Both the position numbers and the translations under genes were made by a program. Under the pieces are notes generated by a model. The model searched no databases and was not told where the DNA came from. It saw nothing but the letters and a program-made list of their open reading frames with translations. Below, one piece after another: positions 53,393 to 64,000 of a DNA stretch of 64,000 nt. The stretch covers positions 1,114,562 through 1,178,561 of the forward strand of contig NW_002060960.1 in assembly GCF_000150275.1 (NCBI RefSeq), read 5' to 3'. Each line of letters starts with the position of its first letter. Positions within the stretch are counted from its first letter, which is position 1. Origin of the DNA: Trichoplax adhaerens (Eukaryota; Animalia; Placozoa).

Positions 53393-54982
53393 TGTGATAT
53401 ATACCAATCACGAAATTCCAAATTTTAATAAAATAAGGGCTTTATTGGATCTTATACAAAGATTAACTACACACAGCTCTTCTCTAGCCGAATACTACTT
53501 CTAAAGACTTCTACAACGAACTAACAGAATAATCTAAAGTTGCATGCTTTTATACTTTCCGTAGCATTCGCAGCTACAATCCGCATGGCAACCTTTTACC
53601 TTTTTTTACACATAGTTAAATTATTCTTAGTAAGACTATTCTACTGCGGACCATCATTAATCCGATATGGATACGACAACAGTACTTACGTAGACATTAT
53701 TCACACCAGCCAAAGTACGATGAATTAACCATATCCTAACATATGATTTACAGTTCTATTTTTACCTATAGCCTTATTAGTAACTCAACACCTTACTGTA
53801 TATAGTCATCTGCACTCTAGCATAGAGTCTATACCACTACAGTCTATAGTTATGGCTACCAAATATCTCATAGGATAAATATCTACCGTACATTATTATA
53901 CTAAACATGGCTAACAGTCTACAATCACAATACTAGTTACGTTACTTTCGTCCGTCTAGAATTTTGTACCAATACAAAATTCTACAAACTAACAAGCTTA
54001 CAAAAGTTTTCCCGGCACGCTGGTCAAATAATCAATTATCCATTACTAGTCTAGATAATACGTCTGCATTGCCATTACTTTTACCCGGTCTATGTCTAAT
54101 ATTAACCTTAAACTGCGACAAAAACATAGACCAACGCATTAACCGCTGGTTATCGTTACACATATGAGCAAGCCATATTAGCGGCTTATGGTCAGTTTGT
54201 AAAACAAACACTCGACCATCTAAGTAAATGTAGAACAATTTTACAGCGTAAACAACAGCTAAACACTCTTTTTCAATTACCGTGTAATTGATTTCAGCTT
54301 GCTTCAGTTTTCGGCTAGCAAATATTACGGGCCTTTCTTCGCCTTTTTCATCCAATTGAAACAATACGGCTCCACGACCAACTTCGGAGGCGTCCGTTTG
54401 CAGGATGAATTTCTTATCCGGCTCTATAATTTTCAAAGTCGGACCACTTGCTAATTTCTCCTTTAATTTCTGGAAGCTTTCTTCACATTGTTCGGTCCAT
54501 TTCACTTCATTCGGCTTTGCCTTCTTAGTCAATTCTACCAATGGCGCAGTCCATTCGGTATATTCTTTTATGAATTTCCTATAATAGCCAACAGCTCCAA
54601 GATATGAACGTACTTCTTTCTTCGTAGTTGGCGTCTTGAATTTTATTATGGCTCTAACATGTACATCTATAGGCGCTATTCGTCCATTTCCAATCGTGTG
54701 TCCCAAATATGACACAGTGTTGCTTGCGAAATTGCGCTTTTCTTCTATAACACTTAATCCAAATTGTCGCAATCGATCGAATACCAGTTCCCAGGTGCTG
54801 CAAATGTTCTTTCCAATTTGCACTATAGACGATAGTGTCATCCAAGTAGACACTAGCAACTCCCTGTAAATCTTTTAGCACTGCATTCATCAAACGCTGG
54901 AACGTAGCTGGAGCACAGTGTAATCCAAACGGCATACTAAACATGGCAAACAGTCTACAATCACAATACTAGTTACATTACA
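53393..54982 (-). mobile_element. Internally deleted Ty3/Gypsy LTR retrotransposon (Gmr1-like arrangement)
   Basis: TG...CA ends with 5-bp TSD CGGGG (53388-53392 and 54983-54987). ~50 nt of 5' LTR is fused to RT. Full 3' LTR at 53393-53945. Confidence 0.9.
54032..54944 (-). pseudogene. pol: Partial pol: RT C-terminal half and RNase H, frameshifted near 54790
   Basis: MPFGLHCAPATFQRLM, YLDD, YLGH, TDAS, EKECLAVV, TDHKPL and NADVLSR are split over two ORFs (54654-54944 and 54032-54859). Confidence 0.92.
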
Positions 54983-57900
54983 CGGGGTACAAGCAACCAA
55001 TCGCGTTAAACTTCGCAAGTGTTATAGCCTACTGTAGCGCATATTAGTAATTCCACGCTTAAATCAGAATTGAACTCAAATGCTATACTCACGACACGAG
55101 TATTTCAATACTGCAGAAGTATGCTTTTCCTCCTCCATTTTAGTATTTATGCATGCTAGCATTGATAATATCTGCACGATAACTCGTAGCATTGGAAAAT
55201 AAAATCACTTATATTACAATGAAATTATACTGGAATTAATGTTAGATAGGGAGATTTTGAGTCAATAGAAATAAATATTGTAGGTTGCAAGCTATTCTGA
55301 ATTCTTCTTTATAATCAGCTCCAAAATTACAGGTTGGGCTAATCTTTTCAATTTTCTAAATTCTATTTAGCCTAGATGCATTCCTCACAGTCTAACAGTA
55401 TTGCATTCGACTACCTTAGCTACTGCGATTGCCAACTTTTATCGACTACTACTTTTATTCTCGTATCTTGACATCATCTTCGTAAACTGTAAAGTAATCT
55501 TGACAAAATATGCCTGAGTCCAACTCTTGTTAACGATTGGTTAATTTGCAATTTCATTTCATTGAATTTGTAAACTGTTTTAACTTCTTTGACACTCATG
55601 TTGGCTTACCTTATCACGATACGTAAGTACAGACCTAGCCAATTAGAAGTTATTCATTTCATTAGTACGAGATTTTAACTTAAGCCAGCCAAGTGATTTA
55701 ATTCTCATCAATTTCTGTTGCATAAGACAAGATTATATCACAAACAAATCGATAGCATTCATACAAATACTGGTTTATCATTGCGATAAAATCAATCTGA
55801 TGCCAATAATTTCTTAAGAAAACCTAACCCTATTTCAATTTTATAACAACCCTTCAGCCACCTGTCAATAATCACAGTTTAATCATAGCCTATTTGGTCT
55901 TAGCTAGTTTGGTCGTTTTAATTTCGTTATGAAACTTGTATTTGGTGTATCAATTGTACAAACCAATGTTATACCGTATTAAATTAGATTTGAGCGTAGT
56001 GATACTGCTTAGCATAAGTTTATCCGATTTAAAAAAATGGCATCAGCAAAGCTCTTAATTGACAACCAAGTATCTACATAACTGTACATTCGTAGACTTA
56101 CTTCGCTCTACATCTAATCCTGTCTTTTTGTTTTGTAGCGAATAAAGCAGAAATGTAAGGTGACTATGGCTGCAAATCCTGTTAGAGCTGGTCAAGACAA
56201 TTCATAATTTGACTAGCTTTTGAATACATTATATCGTAATTGTTATATATGGAGCAATTCCATATACAGCACACTGTAAAGTAGTATTATATATAGAATG
56301 GTTAAAAGTCGTACTGTAGGATCACGGTTTAAAATGATTAACGTTCTAATTATGTAATTATCATTTTAAGCTAATCTTACATCTGATATAGATAATCATT
56401 TAGCTAAACCATAAGTGAAGTAATTTAGCAAATGTATAAATACCTTCATAAATTTATTAATAAATGATTCTCAATTGAACCTACACCGTTTACCACGAAC
56501 ATAATAGTAATATTGGTTGATAATGACTTGCTAGTAAATTACAGTGTTATACAACGACGTCATACAACATCATTTTTTTTAATGTTAAGGTTTGCAGTAA
56601 CCTTGATTTCGTAACAGAAACAAATATAAATGCACAACACACTGAACTGGACATACTCCTACATTACCTATATATTGCAGAGAAATTCACAATTATTCTG
56701 ACTTCCTACCCGGAAATACAGACATTCATTTTTATTCCCTATACAGAAACGCTGTGCAAACTGTACTTTTGTCACGGTAGTGAATCAACCGTGATGAATG
56801 ATATCTTACTTAATTTAGACATGTATATGGATCACAATAAGATAGTTATCAATTTGGATATGTGCATGAATTAATTTAAGACTTAATATAGCCGATACAG
56901 ACCTGTTCCTAATACAGCTTAAATTATACTAAATATAGTATATGAATTGTCAATGGTAAATTCGATATAAATCCTGTTAATTATAAGCTAGAGAAAACAT
57001 AAAGTTAATCTATAGTAATATTACAAATTCATTGGATTAGACTAGGAATAATTTAATGTATTCACGAAGTCTTATTGGTCGAAATATATCACACATCGTA
57101 AGCCGGTTTTATTGCTAGAACAGCTATTTAAATGATTGACTTTGAATATTAAATTAGACTTGTATTTTCTAGAATAAAGATATAGCTAGAAGATTCCGAA
57201 AGAGCATTTCTCAGTTATTGTTACTTATCTAGGGTAATTTAATTAGTTTAGATTAGGCAAGTTTAGTTAAGTAACAACTACCTGTACAAATTTGATTTGA
57301 TTCGCTTATATCGCTCCTTACAGTATCCAAAATTATTATTGGAATGAATACTACCTACAATTGAGTAGAGCCCAAAGCAATCCGTTGGCCACATATCTTT
57401 TAAAGCAAACCATTTCGGGGAAATAGTAGAAAAAGTAGTTTTGGATAACTTTCTTCGAAACCAAGAAACGATTGAGTTTTGTAACCATGTCTAGCACCAA
57501 CATTCAATACGCTCTCCAGTAACTGTTAGTAAAAATTTTAGTGCGTGTCACGATGTTCATTCTTGTTATGTGTAAATTAATTTCTAGTTGGAAGTAATAA
57601 TGGACTATGACATGATTATGTTTATTATGATATTTAATTTAGCACCAACCTTCCTTGTTAGTGAGTTATTATTAATTTGAGCCTCTTAAATGATTTAGTG
57701 GTGCTGATTCTCTAGGTCTTAATTGATCGTTGATTGATTTATAATAATTAAGGTTGTTTACTATTAGATTCTACACTGTGTTATATTCTAAATTTATCTC
57801 GCATTCTGATACTAATGTAAGTAAAATTGTACAACCGGCATATTTCAACAATGCCCCATTAGTTTATGGCAAATGTGTATAGTATCTGTGGACTATTCCT

Positions 57901-58067
57901 TACACTCAAGTATCAGTATACAAACAAAAAATTATTGGATCAGTCATTGAATCTCCATCAAAATATGATTTATAATTTCAAGTGCTTTATTTGATCTTTC
58001 TAACTTTAACTTTCCTAAGCAAACTGACATTGTTGTAGTTACTAGGCTAAATAACTTCTATTACAAT

Positions 58068-58525
58068 TATTAAAAGCTAAATATTTCCGTATCCATATCT
58101 AATGTCAAATGACTTGCAACATGTTGGATCTGTCATTAAAATTATTAGTAACTGTTATTAAAAACTAGAAATTTTGGTATCCATATCAAGTATCATAATA
58201 CATGCGCTTTGTTAGATATATCGTTAACGTTTTAAGTTATTAATAAACTATTATTAAAAGCTAAAAACTTCGGAATCCATATCAAGAGTCAGAAAGTATA
58301 CACCTTATTAGATCTGTCTTAGCATTATAAGTTATTAATAAACTATCAATAAAACTAAAAAAGTTGGTATCCATGCTAAGTGGCAGAAGACTTACTTCTT
58401 ATTGAATCTATCATTAGCGTTGTAAGTTGTTAATAAACTACCATTAAAAGTTACAACTTCGGTATCTACATCAAGCGTCGAAAAACTTTCAGCTTATTGG
58501 ATCTCGTGTCAATGTTGTAAAATAA
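58068..58525 (-). repeat. Five ~90-95 bp tandem units, each with a candidate 12-nt microexon
   Basis: Unit ATTAAAAGCTAAAAACTTCGG.ATCCATATCAAG...TTATTAGATCTGTC repeats with periods 88, 96, 94 and 95. Confidence 0.75.
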
Positions 58526-58991
58526 TAATTACCTAAGTTAAATTAGATCTCATACAGTATTAGATACTCTGTTATCTTCGATAATCTTGCTAAATAATCA
58601 GAGTACTTTGCTTAGTCCCAGATTCAGGCATTGAGCTGAACGTACTTGTAAAAACTACTATAAATATTGGATCAGAGTATCTGAGATCTATTAATTATCT
58701 AAATAATTACAACAATAAGCGTTAAAGGCTTTGGTTCAATTTCGCCTATCCAGAAGCATCCATAAATCAAAATAGCAGACTCGAGGGCGATAGTGTCAGC
58801 AAGGTACTCAAAATGGCTATCCCCACCACGGTTGCAGCATGAAATAGACCAATGCTTTATTGGTTCCGGAATTAACTAGCGTATTGAAGAACTTTTTAGT
58901 CTTTAAGACACAATAACACCATAAGGTACTCCATCAAAAAATTAAGCCTTGTTCCTATTTCATTCTTCTATATTCTATTTGGTAATCATTA

Positions 58992-61900
58992 CCTTCCTTG
59001 GAATTAGTTACTTCAATATCATCGATTAGGATGCCGCCTGAAGACGGTGTACTTGAGCCACGCAGTTCATACACGATTTCCATCTGTATGGATAATTGAG
59101 TGAATAAAAGTATTTGCTGTAAATAAGGCGTAATTAACTCGTATCTTAAGATTTATTTTGCATGACTTACAGTAAAATCTCCGGTGGGATAGAATTGATT
59201 CGGCGAAACACCAACTTTACTCCAGCTCTCTCGAGAACTTGGAACTACAACTCCAAAATCTAAGGTGATAAATGTGCTGTTAACGTATCGATACCTGATA
59301 GCGTAGGTTCCAGTTTGAAAGCCGATAATCAAACGACGGTAATACATCTTTTTTGCAAAATCAAATGTAATAGAAATGAGTCAATTTGATGTTGGCATTG
59401 TCATAATAGCTCATAGAAATCTGTCTTAAAGAAAACAGCCCGACTTTTTGAAGCTTCCTCCACTGACTGACTATCTGAATTTCGTCGTAAAACTGGACTT
59501 CGTAGAATTGCTGTAGAAACTGTCGAATTATATGGAAATCTCTTGACATAAGCGTAATAATTATCTTTCAAGCCTAAATTTTTCATATAGTCATGAGAGT
59601 TTAAATTTTTGTAAAGTAAGCTGATCTTCAAATCATCATCTTAAATACCAGTACGGAATTACCCCAAATAAGATATTATATATCAAATACCTGCAAAAAC
59701 TGGATTGTAACGCTTGTTACTGTTGCCATTATGCCAGATCCATTCTAAACTACCTGAAGATTTCCATCCGCATAATCTTTTATTAAAATTACAGTTTGTT
59801 GGTTGATTTCTTGAATCTATAATTAAAATTGCACAGTTAGTGCCTTCAGTGTCTAATCCACTGTCTTGATATGAGATTTAACAAGGACATCGACCCCACT
59901 ACCAGAAAATTAAATTCAGCTGCAATATAAGGTGCTGATAAAAATAATGAGAATAAAAATCCTAACAAAAACACCATCAGTTTAGCTGATTGATATTGGA
60001 ATTATAGGTACAAACCGTAAGTAGTTTGATGAGGAATACAAGAAACCGTGGCTATGTCTGAATTAAAGCATGGTTTGGTGTCACTAGTAGTTGCTAAGCA
60101 TTCGCTAAGCTTAGTCTCGTATCCCCGACACTTTATCGATGTGATCAATGGAGTGGAAAAGACGGATCAGATAGAGAAACTGATAGGATAAAATGACAAA
60201 CATTAAAAATTTTGTCTAATATGATTAAATTTCTTTTACCAGTTTCACATTAAGCTAGAGACTGTGTATAGAACTTATCAGAAGCTGATAACGACGCAGC
60301 ATAGCCAAGTTGGCGACAAACGACATCAGCCGAAAATGCATCCCAACCATTGGTACAAATGCCACCTTCTTGATTGTTATATTTAATTTTAACAATTCCG
60401 CTTGAACCATTATTATTACTAAGCGAAAGAACGTATGGATTCTTAGCTAAGCAAAGTGTTTCAAATAAAAATAATTGCATTAGTTCTTTTTAGCTTCGTA
60501 ATAGAACATTATAATTATCATTAGTTCACTATAAATGTATCCTTGAATCTTAACAATTATCGTATGAGTTCTTGTATTTTCTATGGAGCAGTTATTTTGA
60601 CATACTTAGAACAGATTGTGGTTTTGGTGGATAACAGGCTAACCAACAACCTCTGGATGAAGAACCGGGTGTGGAACTAATGACGTTACAATCCGATAAT
60701 GATGCAGCATTTGCAGGGCATTTAATGTCCCTGGTTGCATTACATGGTCCATTTAAGATATTCGGCGGATAATCTGCTGTACATAAGAATGATTATTACC
60801 TTACGCTTAATGACTTTCATTTCGCTAAACTATTAATATGGCATTAAAATTATTTCACGTACTCCAGGTGCTTCCATATTGACCTAAAGCCATCTGCCGG
60901 CACATCAAATTGAAAGCGTTGGCCGATATATTTCCAGATGTATTAATAGGACACAGTACGCGCCAGTTACCACCAATATAAAAGGCGATTCTACCAACGT
61001 ATTGATTCGTATTGGTGTTTAGGTGAGCTAAGGCAACTGGGATTTTATCTAATTCGTTAATGTCGATAAAGTTAAAGATTCAATAAGAATTTTAATTTAT
61101 ACCTATTAAGTAAGATAAGTTAATTCGTTAAGATAGGATCTGGACTATATAATTCAAGTTACGCTTATAAACACTCGAATACATGATGCGATTAAAATTG
61201 TTAATATAGCAGATTCAGATATTGCTTTAGTCAAATAGATTTAATAAATGCTCAGAGTAAGGATTAAAGGTACCGTATTCTATTCATGATCAATCCGTAG
61301 TTTATAGTAGAAGAACACATATGCTTCGATTGATAGTGCTTACTTCCTAGCGTAAATGGTGGATTATCCGTAACATTATTATAGCATTGCGGGATATCAC
61401 AATAATCGAAACCGCAAGTCACATTGTTAGCATGGTATTTGGTATAGCACCAAGGTCTATCTCTAGCACCATCAGGATTGCGACAACGATTTAGCGATAC
61501 TTCCTCAGTGCTATCATATGAAGAGTATGGTGTAGGGCCATTCCAATTTAGGCATGTAGCTCCAGTTCTGGTTACTGTTACGTATCCCCGATAAGATTGC
61601 CCTTTACCGACATAACAAACTGTATCTGCATTTCCATGGTTTAAGAATAGAAAAAGAGGTCAGATTGCATGAGAATAACAACCCTATATTCTCATATTTA
61701 GAACATGCATAATAGCCGTTGCACTTTCAGGTGATGACAGTTCATATTTACTTTTATAAAATTCATCCTTATCTTCAAGTAGTAACTTACAACTGGTACG
61801 TGATTAAGTACTTATTGCTTTAATAAAAGATAATTTTAAAATATTCACCTAAAATAATATAATATTCCAAACTTTTATATATTTTTCTGCTAGTAATATT

Positions 61901-62245
61901 TAGTTTTTCTCTCATAACTGGGCAGTGGTCTCAGATTATTATCGTAGTTACTTCACAAAACTAAAAATTAATATCATCCTATTTTCGAAGCAGTCTTTAA
62001 TAAATTCGCATGGTAAATACGAACAATGGCAGCTATGACTTTAAATTATAAACATTTAGATGCTAAATATTCATACGCTTGTGATCATATCGGATTAATG
62101 ATTTAGCATTCACAATGGCTATTGGCGATATACGAGTATTATTCTATCAGTTACCTTCAGACCAAATAACTACTCGCTGTACAATAACTTTTTTGTATTC
62201 ATATGGCTCAGTAGTATTATCAATAACTCCGCGAATCACAATCTA
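58992..62245 (-). CDS. Kringle-SRCR-SRCR-MAM protein, paralog of the 6438-14120 gene (5' and 3' ends not resolved)
   Basis: Kringle CYVGKGQSYRG...NRCRNPDGARDRPWCY (~61345-61625). SRCR exons at ~60860-61035, 60605-60775, 60280-60447 (GGICTNGWDAFSADVVCRQLGY) and ~60015-60180. MAM: CNFNKRLCGW..WIW (~59690-59800), AILRSP, ILIDDIEV (~59020). Confidence 0.8.
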
Positions 62246-62388
62246 TATGTGTGAAAAAGCATTAAACAAGAATAGTCAAAATATTTAAAATTAAAGAATG
62301 ATATTGAATCCATTTTAGATTTAGGAATATATCCAACAGGATTTATCATTTAATCATTATTATATAAATATTAAAAACGGAATCTTAA

Positions 62389-63123
62389 TGTAGTAAAAGG
62401 ACTAAAAGTAGAGTCCTTTGTAGTTTTTAGTATGTAATTAGTATTATTTTACTATAGAAAATACCTAGAAAGTGATAGTGTCTTTAAGTTTTACCCTGCC
62501 AAATCATCATGTCGCCATCTTTTCTTCTTCATTATTTTGCAAGGTATTATATAGATTACTATAGAAGTAGCCCTATAGAGCAAATGCCTAATCTAAAGAA
62601 AGGGCGTTTCATCGTCTATTCAAATTGTAAAGAAATTTGACTTAGTAGCAAAACCCTATCCTTAGAGAAAGGGGATTTATAACATGACGATAAAGTACTG
62701 TAATGTAGTCTATACTCGTACAGTTACAGTACAATCTGACGCTAAAACATCAACTGTCAATACTCGCGAATACTAAGCGATACTAATGTCAGAAAAGTAG
62801 TCGTAGTAGTCATATAAATTTTTTTTGATAAGCGATTACTGTGATCTTCATAAAAAGCGAATTTTTCCGGATTTGTGTCCGATATAGTTTTCGGATTCTG
62901 GGACCGGTCGGGTTTGTGTCCGATATAATTTTCCTGTTTTGGAACCGGTCGGGTTTATTTTATGTCTGAATTATAATTTTTCTGTTTTAATTTTTGGATT
63001 TTTGTTCATGAAAAATATCGTAAGAGTTGATTTTGAGATTTGGACTTTTTGTTATGAATTTGAAACTTTGGAATTTTATGACGTGACTTGAAGTCACATT
63101 AGGAGATTTAGTGAGGAAAATGA
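62389..63123. mobile_element. Inverted near-identical copy of the 30198-31646 element, cut by the assembly gap
   Basis: Reverse complement of ~30909-31646 with few differences. Confidence 0.9.
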
Positions 63124-63124
63124 A

Positions 63125-63174
63125 NNNNNNNNNNNNNNNNNNNNNNNNNNNNNNNNNNNNNNNNNNNNNNNNNN
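63125..63174. other. Assembly gap
   Basis: Run of N. Confidence 0.99.
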
Positions 63175-64000
63175 ATACAGTACGTACAATAGTCTATTTA
63201 TTGATATCATTGTGTATTTAATATACGAATACAACGATACTTACCCCCTGCAATATTCGTATGATGTGTATGATTGATATGGAAATATTCGATAATAGAA
63301 TAATAGAGTTTATACATTATTGACGTACAGTAAGATAAAAGTAGAGTAATAAAGGTACATTGTAATCAATGGCGATTTAGTGCATTAGTAGTTTAAGTAT
63401 ACGTATATCCGTATATTAACCATACGATATTATTGAATTCGATCATTACATATATGTACATATCCGTTCCATAGTAAATCCAGTAGTAAACCATATATGT
63501 ATATTAAAACAATAACATAAAATAATCATAATTAATACACTAAAATAATATTAATCCTCCTACATTAAACATGCTATACTACAACTTATTATAATTACTG
63601 TACAAGTATTATTCTAATCATACACAATAACAAATATACAGTAAGTACAATAGCCTACGTAATAATATAATTGCATATTTAATATGCGAATTAACAATAC
63701 TTACGCCCTGTAATATTCGTATGATGTGTATGATTGATATGGAATTATGCGACGATAGAATAATACAGTTTATATAGTATTGACGTATAATAAGACACAA
63801 GTAGAGAAGAGTAGAGTAGTAAAGGTAATTTGTATTGAATGACGATTGAATGGCGATTTAGTGTATAAGCATTGCATAATATTGGTAGTTTTAGTATACG
63901 TATATTCGTATAATAACCATACGATAATCATTCCATTCGATCATTGTATATATGTGCATACCCGTTCCATAGTAAATCGCATTGTCGATCCCATAGTAAA
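63175..64000 (-). repeat. Second copy of the ROCO microexon repeat array (two units visible)
   Basis: Near-identical to ~41326-42150. CAG-GGG-GTAAGT at 63245-63247 and CAG-GGC-GTAAGT at 63705-63707. Confidence 0.9.

Noticed and set aside
57340-57525. Possible terminal exon of the kringle-SRCR-MAM gene
   Set aside because: Phase and connection could not be established and there is no clear GPI or transmembrane signal.

Overview
AT-rich eukaryotic genomic DNA with many short GT-AG introns. Composition, intron size and gene content suggest a non-bilaterian animal such as the placozoan Trichoplax (inference, not verified). All recognisable genes are on the minus strand. They are: an LRR-kringle-SRCR-SRCR-MAM gene with a GPI-like tail and disrupted LRR exons; an apparently intact ornithine-decarboxylase-like gene with an altered substrate pocket, and its pseudogenised tandem paralog; a CARD-ROC-COR-CARD (ROCO) gene; and a second kringle-SRCR-SRCR-MAM gene. 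Mobile DNA includes several solo LTRs with target-site duplications, an internally deleted Gmr1-like Gypsy element and MITE-like foldbacks. The most striking signal is in the first intron region of the ROCO gene. It is a tandem array of nine ~450-560 bp units, each carrying a CAG-NNN-GTAAGT motif, which reads as a candidate 3-nt microexon. The splice signals are conserved, the three exon bases vary, and a long AG-free zone lies upstream. This suggests a combinatorial single-codon microexon cassette that diversifies the CARD-ROC linker. Two more units occur after the assembly gap, and a separate array of candidate 12-nt microexons lies in the second SRCR/MAM gene. Exon boundaries were read by eye and may be off by a few bases.
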